A stretch of 64,000 nucleotides of DNA from Octopus sinensis (GCF_006345805.1 NC_043013.1:36952001-37016000), one strand, 5' to 3'. Shown: positions 38,416 through 52,652, counted from the stretch's first letter. Numbers and translations: made by a program. Notes: a model not told the origin generated them from the sequence alone.

Positions 38416-38855
38416 ACACACAAACATATCATTTGGCAATCGGTGTTGGTTTATTTATGTTCTCGTAACTTACCACTTCGGCAAAAGCTGCCGATAAAAT
38501 AAGTACCAGGCTTAAGGAATTAGTACCGGGGTTGATTACTTCGACTAAATACTTCAGGCTGGTGCCCCAGCTTGGTCGCAGTCAATTGATTGAGACAAGT
38601 AATAGAGCATGTGTATGGTAAGAATGACAGTGGATTAAGAGGCGTAGGAGTGGCTGTGTAGTAAGAAGTTTGCTTCCCAACCACATGGTTCCGGGTTCAG
38701 TCCCACTGCTTGGTACCTTGGGCAAGTGTCTTCTTCTATAGCCTTGTGAGTGGATTTGGTAGATGGAAACTGAAAGAAGACCGTTGTTTATGTTTTATGT
38801 TTATGTTTTCCAGTCTCAGCTCTTGAGCTGTGGCCATGCTGGGGCACCGCCATTG

Positions 38856-38897
<42 letters not shown>

Positions 38898-39368
38898 ATG
38901 TCTGTGTTTGTCCCTCCACCACCATCGCTTGACAACCGTTGTTGGTGTGTTTACGTCCCCGTAGTCTCGCGGTTTGTCAAAAGCGACCAATAGAATAAGT
39001 ACTTGGCTTACAAAGAATAAGTCCTGTGGTCGATTTATTCGACTAAAGGCGCTGCTCCAGCGTGGCCGCAGTCAAATGACTGAAACTAGTAAAAGAATTA
39101 AAGAATATATGTGCGTGCGTGTGGTGTGTGTGTGCGTGTGTGTGTATGTGCATGTGTCTTTATATCCGTGTTTGTCCCCTACCACCGCTTGACAACCACT
39201 ATTGGTGCGTTTACGCCCCTGTAGCTTAGCGGTTTGGCAAAACAGAACCGATAGAATAAGCACCAGGCTTAGCAAGAAATTTCAGCACTGGGGTCGATTC
39301 ATTTGACTAAAATTCTTCAGATAGTGCCCCAGCATGGCTGCAGCCTAGTGACTGAAACAAGTAAAAGA
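38160..39368. mobile_element. Cluster of family-A SINE copies and 3' halves in both orientations
   Basis: 38160-38345 (-), 38430-38605 (+), 38640-39105 (+, with an inverted tail fragment at ~38784-38852), 39165-39368 (+). Confidence 0.8.
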
Positions 39369-39377
39369 TATATGTGT

Positions 39378-39423
<46 letters not shown>

Positions 39424-39429
39424 AGCTAG

Positions 39430-39514
39430 CTAGATAGGTAGGTAGATAGATAGACAGACAGACAGATAGATAGATAGATAGATAGATAGATATACATATA
39501 TATAGATAGATAGG

Positions 39515-39562
<48 letters not shown>

Positions 39563-39570
39563 CAGACAGC

Positions 39571-39637
<67 letters not shown>

Positions 39638-40260
39638 CAGACAGATAGATAGATAGATAGATAGATTAAGTAGAAAGATAAGCACGTATGTATGGACGTC
39701 GGCAAGCGTGTGTATGTGTATGCGTGCGTGTGTATGCGCGTATGAGCGTGTGCGCCCGTGTAAGGGAATTTACTTCCGTTTCGTGCTTGCATATATTGTA
39801 ACATGTGTGTGTGTCTTGGAGATTTAACTGTTTTTATTATGGATTTTAAATATTTCTTCATTAGTCATTTTATGTCAATGGACATTGAAACTGTATTGTT
39901 AGACATAAAACAAAGGATTAAAGGATTAGTAAAAGTAAAATACAAACAATCCTTAATAAAACAAATGACTGGGACAAAGACATGTTTTCAATAAGACATG
40001 TACACATACACACACACATATACACACATACATACATACATACACACATACACACATACATACATACATACATACATACATACATACATACATACATACA
40101 TACATAGGTACATACATAGGTACATACATACATACATAGGTACATACATGCATACATACATACATACATACATACATACATAGCTACATACATACATACA
40201 TACATACATAGGTACATACATACATACACACACATACATGCATACATACATACATACATA
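39430..40260. repeat. (GATA)n and (TACA)n microsatellite arrays
   Basis: Directly visible. Similar arrays at 23725-23825, 24145-24268, 34620-34680 and 50892-51548. Confidence 0.95.
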
Positions 40261-40338
40261 CACACAACCCTAGGCAAATACGCACACATAAACGATCATA
40301 CTAGCACACCAAAGCGTTCGAGCACACACACAGACACA

Positions 40339-40374
<36 letters not shown>

Positions 40375-40490
40375 TTCCCTCACACGAACATTGGTAACTA
40401 TATAAACACACAGAGAGACTTAAATATCTAGAGAGATTTGAATATGAAAAATAGGCATAGGTCGAACAAAGAAGCAGGTAGGAAACTACA

Positions 40491-40534
<44 letters not shown>

Positions 40535-40840
40535 GTGTGTGTTGTGTGTGTGTGTCTGTGTTTGTGTGTGTGTGTGTGTGTTGTGTGTGTGTGTGTGTGT
40601 GTTTGTTCGTGCGTGTGTGCATAGAGAAGGCATGCTGGCTTGTGGGGTAAAGACCTGTAATCATAACGTTGCACGTACGCTTCCAAGACGCAAAAGTTTT
40701 TTCCCCACGAGAGTTTCGGACCCCTGTAATGAACTCATTAGCGTACAGCCAATCAGAACTCCACATATTGTGTACTTCTACAGTACAGCCAATCAGGCAT
40801 ATAATGGTGTGTGTGTGTGTGTGTATGTGTGTGTGTGTGT

Positions 40841-40874
<34 letters not shown>

Positions 40875-40901
40875 TGCGTGTGCGCGCTTGCGTACGTGTG
40901 A

Positions 40902-41273
40902 GTTTCAGTCATTTGACTGTGGCCATGCTGGAATACCGCCTTTAGTCGAACAATTATTCTTTGTAAACCTCTTACTTATTCTATAGGTCTGTTTTGTCAA
41001 ATCATTAGCTTAGAGGGATATAAACGCACCAGCATCGGTTGTCAAGCGATGTTGGGAGAACAAAAGCAGGCATACAAGCACACGCACACACACACACACA
41101 CATATGTATACGACGGGCTTCTTTCAGTTTCCGTCTACCTAATCCACTCACAAGGGCTTTAGTCGGACCGAGGCTTTAGTAGAAGACGCTTGCCTAAGGT
41201 GCTATGCAGTGGGACTGAACCCGGAACTACGTCGTTGGTAAGCAAGCTACTTACCACACAGCCACGCCTGCGC
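40902..41273 (-). mobile_element. SINE family A
   Basis: tttcagtcatttgactgtggccatgctgg ... gcagtgggactgaacccggaac..cttaccacacagccacgcctgcgc. Confidence 0.88.
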
Positions 41274-41610
41274 ACGATATATGGATATATACTTATATAT
41301 TGCATGTATGTGTATATATCGGTATATATGTCTATACACACACACATATGTCTTTGTTGGTGTACACATTCACTAGTTTTCTTACAAAAAATCTAATGCT
41401 CTTAGCTTTGACTGTTTTGGGGGCAACTGGATCGAACTATCTCAAGTTTAACTTGCTGAAACGGTAAGGACATCTGGTAACTTGACTAAAGAAAGAAGCT
41501 CACGAATGACCCATCCTTTTTTTCTCCTGTCCTAATTGTTTCTCCTGTCCGACTATGTATCTTCTATCTGTCCGAATGTTTTATTGTCCACTATTGCGTT
41601 TTTGTTCCCT

Positions 41611-41641
<31 letters not shown>

Positions 41642-42469
41642 ATTGTGTGTGTGTGTGTGTGTGGTGGTGGTGTTGTGTGTGTGTGTACGTGTGTATAGAC
41701 ACACACAAACACAATTGTATCGAAGAGAGAACGAATGCTTAATACGGCATTCGATAAATAAGCATTATTTATTTGTGGACTAACAACGCTACCGATGGTT
41801 TCATGTGGAAAGATCTACAATCTATGAGAGATTCATTTAAAAATCCTTATAATTACCTCCACACGTACATATGCATATACATATACATATATAGATATGC
41901 GTTCACACATCCTTTCATCATCATTATCCAGTGTTTTAAATCCGGGTTTTGTCACCGTTAACGGGGGTGACCGGAATTACCTCAATGTCATAGCAGGCAA
42001 GGTAGGCGGTTGCAGCCCACCCCAACATTAGGGCTGGCTGGCTGGTGCCCATTCTTCCTTGCTATCATGAGGCTTTTTTGGAGCTGGATTTTCTATGGGG
42101 AGCATGCCCCTGCTTACTCCCAACCTCAGTTTCTAGACATGAGTAATCTCGAGACCAAAGCCTCTACCACGATTTTTAAGAAATGTGGTGGAAAACTAGC
42201 TCAAGAAGGCAGGGACGTTACTCCCTGAGACCCTTTTCGGAGTTTCCTACCTATATGCGTTCATACGTACACACATGTATATGTGTGTGTATGTGCGTGC
42301 ATGTGTGTGTGTGTGTGTGTCGTTACGTAGGTGGGTGGTACAAAGGAAAGGAAGGTATAGAATGAAAAACAGCAAAATTTCGAATACTACTGACGCCACC
42401 ACCACGCAGCCATTACCATTTTCGACACCTCTAAAATTACTTCCAATACCATTGTGAAATGTTTCATGT

Positions 42470-42857
42470 CTACCGTTACCACCATCACCACCACAACCAC
42501 TACCACTACCACAACCGAACTGCCATTCGAACCCTCCACCTCTGCGCCACCACCAATGTGACTGCGTCCGTCTCATCATAAACTCTTACTTCACTCTTAG
42601 TTCCATTACTCCTACGTCCACCACCACCACCACCACCACCACCGCCACCACCACCACCACCACCGCCACCACCACCACCACCACCACCACCACCACCGCC
42701 GCCGCCGCCGCCACCACCACCACCACCACCACCGCCGCCACCAGGGACATCAGCCCCATTACCTAGAACAGCTCTACTACTATCACCACCAACAACAACT
42801 GCACCACTTCGAGCACCACTGTCACCATCACTACCACCACTACCATCACCATTATAT

Positions 42858-42902
<45 letters not shown>

Positions 42903-43197
42903 CACAACCACCACCACCACAACCACCACCACTACTACTAACACCACTGGCACTACCATCATTCCACCATAATAACCGATGCTTCTCTCCCCGCCCCATA
43001 ACCTCGACATAGAATACCGTTTATACCACCACCTGCACCGCCATCGCCACTATCCCTCTACTATTGTGATCATCACCACCAGCGCCACCATTATCATCAT
43101 CATCATCGTCATCGTCATCCAAATGCAACTCTACTGTCATGAACAGCATCATCATCATCATCATCATCTTCATTGTCATCATCGTCATCATCGTTAG

Positions 43198-43228
<31 letters not shown>

Positions 43229-43940
43229 GTCAACGGCGTCGTCGTCGTCTTCATCATCATCATCATCATCATCATTGTCATCGTCATCTTCATCGTCGTC
43301 GTCTCCACCTCAATCACAACCTCATCCACCATCATCAATACTATAATCCACACTATACTTACTACCCCCACAACCACCACCGACACCACCACCACTACCA
43401 CCACCACCACCACCACCACAACTACCACCGAGTCACAGCTCCCATACCACACTAGAATCACTATCACCACCACCACCACCACCACCACTACCACCACCAC
43501 AACCATCCAGGTCATGACCCTCAGTATCACTAATACTACCACCGTCACTACTTCCACCACCATCACCTCCAGCATCATCATCACTATTTTACCTGTCACC
43601 TCAGCATCACTACCACCACCACATGCTACTCACCCACGCATCCATCACCGTCGCCACCGCCACCACTTGTACCAGCACCGCCACCACCTGTACCAGCACC
43701 GCCACCGCCACCATTATCCCCATTGCCAGCACCATCATCACCACCACCAGCACCACTACCACTACCACTTCCACTACCACCAGCGCAGCTTCTCCATCGT
43801 CATCACCACCACCACCACCACACCACCACAACAACAACAAAACAACAACAATCACCACAACCACCAGAACTACCATCACCAACACCACCGTCACCACCAC
43901 TACCACCACCACCAAAACCACCACCACCACCACCACCTTT
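42470..43940. repeat. Patchwork of (CAC)n/(CAT)n/(TAC)n trinucleotide low-complexity DNA
   Basis: G-depleted + strand; produces spurious poly-T/I/H ORFs. Confidence 0.92.
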
Positions 43941-45133
43941 GTTGCCACCGCCCTTCCATTCACCTTCCCTCCACCGTCACCTGCTCAGAGTTCCTGTAAA
44001 CCATTAAGCAATCCAGTATGTAAAAGACATCGGGTCTGGCGAATGTTTCCGAACAAGATGACGGAAAATCGATGATTAATTAGGGAAATGGCAGTGTAAG
44101 TACTGTAAATGGAGAAATATGTATATGTGGGGTGAATGGGTGGGGTGAGGGGGGCGGTGTCGAAGGTAAGCAGGAGGAAGAGGAGGAGGAGGAGGAGGAG
44201 GAGGAGGAGTAGGAGTGGGAGGAGAAAGAAGGTTGAATAAAACGAAAGCAGGATGGTATGAAAGAATGAATGATGATGACAAAGAGAAGTTCGAAGAAGT
44301 GAAGGAAGTTGTTATAGGGAAGAAGAAGAAGAAGAAATGAAGAAGGAAAGGAAAAAAAAGAAAGAAAAAATTGTGGAAAAAAATTGAAAATATAAAACTG
44401 AAGAAAAAGGAAGAAATTTGGAATGAATAAACGAAAAAGCGAAAGAAGGAGAGAAGGAGAGAAGGAGAGAAAGGAAGATGGAGAAGAAGAGGAAAAAGGC
44501 ATGGTGGAAGGATGGCAATCAGGGGAAAATGAAAGAGAAAATAGAAAGAGCGAAAGATTGAAAGAAATATATATAGAAGAAGTAGGAATTGAAAGAAAGG
44601 GAGAAAATATGAAAGGAAGAAAATGAATGAAGCGAAAATGAATCGAGAGATTAAAGAAAACCGAGAAACAAAAGGAAAAAGAAAAAGAAAAAAAAAAAAA
44701 ATATAAATACGTAAGATAAAAGACACAGAAGTACGAGAATATAGGAATAAACGCATTAGCGCGCGCGCACACACACACACACATACACACACACACACAT
44801 CTGTGTATCATGCTTGATGTAAAGACGAAATGAAAAAGCAAGGTTACTGCGGTATTGGTCTGGAGATAAATTATCATATGGACGTGCTGTGATTAAAAAC
44901 CACAATGTATACATCAGTAGCAGATGCAAAATTGTCTAGTAGTGGCTGCTGAGAATGCTCGATGCCCATTTCTGTCACTCTGCGCTTTGTCAGGGACTTA
45001 TACCCACAGGCAACAGCATGCTAAGATAGAATTCGTAATTACTAATTTAAATATATGGGCATATATACATTTGTATGTTTCTGTGTGTGTATGCATGCAT
45101 ATACATACATACATACATACATACATACATACA

Positions 45134-45166
<33 letters not shown>

Positions 45167-45395
45167 CTAAACATACATATATATTGTTGTGTCTCGGGAG
45201 GTGCTTTACACCAATAGTAATAAACGCACTCACTGGTTTCAATTTCACTTGCCTTGTTAGTCAACCAATTAACCGACCGCTTGCTTAATCAGTTGCTTAC
45301 ATAATCGATCAGTTGTTTGTCAAGGTTCTTTCATCGTCATTCGCGACCTCATCAATGATTTGCCATCTCTTCTCCAGTCATTATTATTATTATTA

Positions 45396-45445
<50 letters not shown>

Positions 45446-45685
45446 TATTATTATTATTATTGTATAGTTTTAACTTGCATGTTTGCTACAATCACTCGCC
45501 GAGACACACCCAGCGTCATAGGGCGAGTGAAGGATAAGAGATGTTACAGTATGACTGAATGCTTGGGGAGGGGAAGTTAGAATGGCAGTAGCGAAATATC
45601 TTCATGTAATACAACACAGACATTTAAATGGATAGGGTTTTTTTTAAGGATGTGAACAGTACTTGTCAGCTCAATCTTTTGGATT

Positions 45686-45755
45686 TCTCAGAGACATGGT
45701 TTTCCTGGGATCTTATCTAGATATTTCTGACATCCTTTTCTTATCATACCCATAA
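45686..45755 (-). mobile_element. R4-type LINE fragment
   Basis: MGMIRKGCQKYLDKIPGKPCL matches the region after the VIGALG motif; sits next to trinucleotide repeats and element E. Confidence 0.65.
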
Positions 45756-45805
45756 TTATCATCATCTTCATCATTATTATTATTGCTGTTGTTGTGGTTA
45801 TTACT

Positions 45806-46355
45806 GAGTGAGAGAGCAGCGCATGCAACCAAAGTGAGACTGGGGTAAAATATATGAAGGCCAATATACCCATCATAACTACCCGTCTGATAAGGGGACA
45901 CCTGCCACATGCATCAAAGCCAAATGTGCACGACATGGTGATCTCATATCAAGATAAACAGCGCATGACCTTGCAGATGGGACTCAGAATTTTCTTCGGG
46001 TTGAGTAGCCCATCCCATTGATAAGGTCTCTGAATAAGGTTTGTTTAAGGATGATGAGCAAAACACCCATGTTTCCAAAGGTGGATTATTCAAACTTCAA
46101 AGAATTCTTCTCAACACATGGCTATATTGCACTCCCTAACTACTTCTCCTCATAATTATCAGAGGTGCACATATCGTCAGCCACTAAGCTTAACTGGTTA
46201 AGTTCAAACAACTGGCAAGTAAATCTGTGGTATTGAGCAGAATATTTGCTGTAGCCCATCTTTTATACCAAGACAAAAGAATGTACATGATAACACTTCC
46301 AATCAGTTAAGATCAAAAACCATGAGAGCTACTGCCTGGTACTGCATCAGGGCAT
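45806..46355 (-). mobile_element. Element E, longest copy (~550 bp)
   Basis: Extends ~110 bp further 5' (atgccctgatgcagtaccaggcag..) than the other two copies; trinucleotide repeats on both sides. Confidence 0.88.
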
Positions 46356-46417
46356 CATCAACATTATTGTTGTTGGCGTTGTTGTTACTATCCTCCTCCT
46401 CCTCCTCCTCCTCCTCC

Positions 46418-46455
<38 letters not shown>

Positions 46456-47056
46456 GTCATCATCATCTCATCATCATCATCATTATTGGTGTAATGATCT
46501 TCCCAAGGCATAACAAAATATGTTTCCACACAGGACAAATACGAGTATATGAAATACTATACAACATAACTTCATTTACTAAAATTATCTCCACCTCTAC
46601 AGAATTGTCACAAGAAGAACGACTCTGAGTTATTTCTCTTAGCTGATTTTTGTTTAACCATACAAATTACCAAGGACATAACTGTTCTATTAGTTTTTGT
46701 ATACGTCTTAGTTTCCTCAGGTATAGGACACCAGGTAAGGGCATGTAATGTGCTGATGACGCTTATTGTGGCAGAAACATCAGTCCGAAACGATCTTGCT
46801 ATTTCCAGAGAATATCCTTACTCTTTAACTTCCTTCTATGTCCACTTTGGGCAATGCTTGGTTCTTGGGGTTACTTACCCTTCTCATATGAAGCTGGTCT
46901 CAATTGTTACTTGATAATTGTGACACATCCTCTGAAGAGAGATTTTAATAAATCAAGAATTTATCTGGTATGGCATTTAATAAATCTATATTTGTCTGTC
47001 TGTTTGACTATCAGTCTCTTTCTCTGTCAGTCTGCCTGTCTGTCTGTCTCTCTCTG

Positions 47057-47123
<67 letters not shown>

Positions 47124-47722
47124 TGTATGTATGTGTGTATACACACATACATAGAACTAACCCCCCCCCAAAACGGATAACAAAACAAGAAAAAAATCAA
47201 CAACGCGAGTACATATATATATATATATACATACATACATGCATGTATGTATACACACACGCGCGCGCACAGACGCATACATACACACTACGTAATTGCA
47301 GTGTTGCACATTACTTGAATGTGTGAAATCTCTATGTAAAAAAACAACAACAACAACAAAAGACAAAAAAAAATCATATGTAGCACAATTTCTGTTATTT
47401 CATCCAGAAAACATGGTATGGTGGTGGTGGGGGGGACGGCAAGGAATAATGGCAGAATTCCTGCAGGTACTGGACAGGAGTTAAAAATCCTTGCCGTATC
47501 TGTCTGCATCTTTTTAAGTTCTCAAATAAATTGCTTCCAGACTAATTTTTCTTCATTTGATCAATCAAATGTGTGAAAATGTATTCTAGAGAAATAAATA
47601 GGATCGATTTTATGAAATTATTTTCCTCCCACATTTTCGGCCTCATGCCAACGTTCGAAATCTATTTCGATGCAAAAAAAAAACTAGTTTTTGTTTTATT
47701 TATTTATTTATTTATTTATTAT

Positions 47723-47982
47723 AGGCGGTGGAGTGGCTGTGTGGTAAGTAGCTTGCTTACCAACCACATGGTTCCGGGTTCAGTCCCACTGCGTGGCACC
47801 TTCGGCAAGTGTCTTCTACTATAGTCTCGAGCCGACCAAAGCCTTTTGAGTGGATTTGGTAGACGGAAACTGAAAGAAGCCCGTCGTATATATGTATATA
47901 TATATATATATATAAAGCCTTGTGAGTGGATTTGGTAGACGGAAACTGAAAGAAGTCGTCGTATATATACATATGTATGTAT

Positions 47983-48021
<39 letters not shown>

Positions 48022-48029
48022 TATGTATG

Positions 48030-48075
<46 letters not shown>

Positions 48076-48418
48076 CATACATATGTATATATACGACGGA
48101 CTCTTTCAGTTTCCGTCTACCAAATCCACTCACAAGGCTTTATATATATATATACATATATATTATATATATATATATACATACGCGTGTGTGTGTATGT
48201 ATATATATGTGTGTGTATGTTTGTGTGTCTGTGTTTGTCCCCCTGGCATCGCTTGACAACCGATGCTCGTGTGCGTATGTCCCCGTAACTTAGCGGTTCG
48301 GCAAAAGAGACCGTTAGAATAAGTACTAGGTTTGCAAAGAATAAGTCCCGGGGTCGATTTGCTCGACTAATGGCAGTGCTCTAGCATGGTCGCAGTCAAA
48401 GGACTGAAACAAGTAAAA
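47723..48418 (+). mobile_element. SINE family A with an internal direct plus inverted duplication
   Basis: Intact head and tail. Segment aaagccttgtgagtgg..gtcgtatata recurs at ~47914 (direct) and ~48090-48142 (inverted). A degraded tail-to-tail copy follows at ~48465-48700 (-). Confidence 0.9.
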
Positions 48419-48751
48419 AAAAAAAAAAATATTCATTGGTTTGCTTGCTTGTTGCTTGTATAATTTTTCTAGTCATTGGACTGCGGCCATGATGGGCCAC
48501 TGCTTTCAAAGATTTTACTGGAAATATTTAAAACAAGTAAGCACTTGTTTCGTTCATCTTGAAAGTCTGGTACTTATTCTAACGTTTGCTTTTTTTCTTT
48601 TCTTTTTCTTTTCTTTTCTTTATTTATTTTTTTGCTGAACAGCTAATTAACAAGGAGGTAAACAAACCAACACCGGTTGTAAAGTAGCCAGGCCACAGAC
48701 ACAAAAAGAAGACGCCGGCGCACGTGCACAAACACACACGCACACACACGC

Positions 48752-48806
<55 letters not shown>

Positions 48807-49714
48807 AACCACACACACAGAGGCTTTCACCCAACTTCTACGAAATTCACCCGAAGCTAGTAGTAGAGAAGGCGCATGGCTCAGCGGTTAGATTATTAAA
48901 GCGGTGAACAGGCACAATCGCTAGTGCGTCGAACAAATTACTTAACGGGCATTTCTTCCGAGTATGAATTCGGCCAACAAGTACAAAATCGATCATATCG
49001 CTGAGGCCAATAGCATTGGTTTTCTCCCTCCCTCTAAAATTGCTGATCTTATGCCAAAATTTAAACCATATTATGAATTTTAATAAATGTTTACCCTCTT
49101 TTATTTTATCTTTTTTTTATTGAGTGCATTTTTGGGGCCATGAAGATTTTCATCGGGTCAACAGCAATTTTTGTTTTGTCTGTTATTCGTTAATTGATTG
49201 CTTCTTAAATTATTATCGCCAATTCATTATTAGCAACGGAAGCAGTACTAGTTCAAAATAACATTCTGTACATCTTCCTTGACGTGGATATACAGTAGAA
49301 CGGCATGCAATACAGATGTACTACACAGTCTAGTGAATTAATCAGAAGAATCGCTAAGCATCGAGCGTAACACCGTGTGATATCTACTTCGTCTTCTTGC
49401 ATTTCAAGTTCAAACCTCACCTTATTACACCTTCCATCCTTCCGAGGACGAGAAACAAGACAACAGTCTTGGGCGGGGGACTTGCACTTGATTAATCTCG
49501 GCTTTCACATCAGCGTGAATACTGAATAGGTGGTCGATGCTGCTACTCAGGTACGTAAAAATTTGGTTAAAATTCGAAAAATTGAACTACGTTAAACATT
49601 CTACCAGTATACGAAGTTTTAAAGTGTTTAGTCAACTAGAAATTGTGTTGAAATCTGGCTATCAAAAGGAAAAGATCCAAAATTTCCATTTCCACACGTG
49701 ACTCGGCCTTAACC

Positions 49715-50045
49715 ATAGACTGTTTCTTCCATGATAACCTAATTTTCATAATACTGGTCTTGCCTTTGTGACTGTCTAAGCCAACTAATGCTGATATTTC
49801 ACTGAGAGTAGCTGTCTTTTAAAGCTGGTTCAGACTGTGAGACGACACAGCCGAATCATTTGTGTAATCATTGTTCGCCACGATTCACTGATGTCCAGAT
49901 CACTTGTCTTTTTGTAGAGGTTTCTAATTATTCTAAACAAGGGAGATAACAGACACCTTTGGCAAACACCTGCCAACATCGGGAAATTCTTTGTTAACTT
50001 ACCATTCTGGAGAAACTTCAACAATATTACCTCGCCAGAGACTTG
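49715..50045 (-). mobile_element. Degraded RTE-type RT fragment
   Basis: NGKLTKNFPMLAGVCQRCLLSPLF resembles the RT motif GVRQGCLLSPLLF. Confidence 0.7.
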
Positions 50046-50320
50046 TTTTCAATGTCCATATATATCTATCTATATATCTATCTATATATCTATTATATAT
50101 CTATCTATCTATCTATTCTATCATCTATCTATCTATATATCTATCTATCTATCTGTCTGTATATCTGTCTGACTGTCTGGTTGTCTGTCTGTCTGCATCT
50201 GTCTGTTTTCCTCTCTCTCTCTATCTCTCTCTCTCTCTCTCTCTCTTCTAATATATATATATTATATATATTATATATTATATATTACTACCTACCTACT
50301 ACTACTAAATACCTACTACC

Positions 50321-50890
50321 ATTTTCATCGTACTTGTGGTTATGGCGAAAGAATGTGTATGGTGGATGCGTCTGAAAGGTCTAGAAACAAACACTTTCCT
50401 CTCTGGTGAATCTCTCATCAATTTCTTCAAGTAGCTCTTCAAGAGGAAGCTGAGAGTAGAAAGGGAAGTTTTGTCTAGTGAATGTTTCAAAAAAAGATGG
50501 GTGAATGTAGTAAGGATGGCATGTGTGATTGACGAAGCCAACTTAAACATAATCCTATGACCCCCCAAAAAAAAAGAAAGGAAAAAAAAGAAAAAGAGAG
50601 TCACTTACTGTAATGCGTTTTTTTGCATGACATTATTGCCCCAGGTTACCGTGGTCTTTTCCGTAGGCTTTTTTTCCCACGGATAAACCTAATCTGTTTC
50701 CCCTTTTTACACTATGATATTTCTGTGATACACGATCCCAATTGATCGGCTTTTTTTTTAACGGTCCCTTTTGATCGAATGTCTACCACCTTTCCATTTT
50801 CTTTTTTCTTTTCCTTCTCTTCCTAGAAAGAAAAACTCTACTTTGTATTTGTCCCTTCTGTGTTCAGCCCTGTGTGGCCAATAAATGACA
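50321..50890 (+). mobile_element. 3' end of a Tx1/L1-clade LINE (ORF2 C-terminus plus 3' UTR) embedded in (TCTA)n
   Basis: IFIVLVVMAKECVWWMRLK..FFK*LFKRKLRVERE..FKKRWVN..CVIDEANLNIIL* (stop 50558-50560) fits the Tx1-type AK..IW..R / RLRVE / F...W C-terminal pattern. The pyrimidine-rich UTR ends caataaa before (TCTA)n. Confidence 0.75.
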
Positions 50891-50905
50891 CATCTATCTA
50901 TCTAT

Positions 50906-50979
<74 letters not shown>

Positions 50980-51001
50980 GATTCTATCCATCTATCTATC
51001 C

Positions 51002-51060
<59 letters not shown>

Positions 51061-51320
51061 GGTCTGTCTGTCTATCTGTCTATCTCTCTCTCTCTCTCTC
51101 TCCCTCTCTCTATCTATCACCTACAACTAACCTACCTACCTACCTACCTACCTACCTACCACATATATACATACATAATATCTGTCTACCTACCTACCTA
51201 CCTACCTACATACATACATACATATCGGTCTATCTACCTACCTACCTACCTGCCAACCTACCTACCTACCTACTACCTACCTAACATACCTACATACCTA
51301 CCTACCTACCTACCACCTAC

Positions 51321-51357
<37 letters not shown>

Positions 51358-51394
51358 ATATTCTATATCTATCTATCTACTATCTATCTATCTA

Positions 51395-51484
<90 letters not shown>

Positions 51485-51486
51485 GA

Positions 51487-51548
<62 letters not shown>

Positions 51549-51863
51549 GCTCTCCCAAATAAACTTGCACTTCATTTTTGAAGCCCCGAGGAAAGCGTAA
51601 TGTAGTGCACAAGAACTGCGTTCTAAGTGCTTTGCCTTATCTTTCAGCAGAAACAGCGGCAAGCTAATGAAGTGCATTGCATAATTCCTGTTCTTTGCCA
51701 TTTATTTAATTTCATATCTAGTCAGACAGAAAGCCATATAGGCATACGTTATAGAGATACAGACACACATATGTACATACATACGTACCTACACACCCGC
51801 GTATATTAATATAAGCATGTTGTGTGTATGTGTGTGTATATTACATTCGTGTATACATAATGC

Positions 51864-51902
<39 letters not shown>

Positions 51903-52652
51903 CATACATAATACATTTATATACATATAGATATATACACACATACATACACTTATATATATGATATATATATATATATCTTATACATATGTGTTTGTGG
52001 AGATGTATATGTATGCATACATACATACATACATACATACATACATACATACCGACATACATACATTACAATACCATACATACATAACATACATAATTGT
52101 ATACGCATAGATAAAGAGGCGTTTCTGTGTGTCGTCTATATGTGCTTGTTATATGTGTCTGCGAAATGAGGACATGGGTGGGTTGGAGACAATCCATCTG
52201 TCAGCATATCCGTCAGTCACTATGTATATATGTCAATTATAGAACTAATGTAAACTCGAGACACTCTCAGATTAGAATATGCAATAAATAAATAAATAAA
52301 TAATGTAGGATATAAAAAAAAAAGAAAAAACATTAAAAAATATTGCAGAGAAGAAAAACCGAAAATATATATATATATCTATACAAAAAAAAAAAAAATA
52401 ATAATGTCATGTTTAAGCAGAAAGATAGATTTGTCTTTTATGTCTCCAACGAATGAACTTATCATTATTGGAAGTCATTCGAGAAGTTATTTGCATACTA
52501 ATTCAGGTACGTATGCATGCATACATGCATACATACATGCATACATACATGCATGAAAACGAATGATGATGAGGAAGATGATAGTAGGGGTTGGCGAACG
52601 GTGGTAGTAGTTGTGCTGGTGGTAGTGTGTTTTTGGTGGTTGGTGGTGGTGA

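Noticed and set aside
43139-43999. 286-aa Thr/His-rich ORF (mucin- or His-rich-like) and the 240-265-aa Phe-rich ORFs at 44076-44877
   Set aside because: Several frames on both strands are open because the repeats lack stops; the composition switches with single-base slips and there is no splice or domain support.
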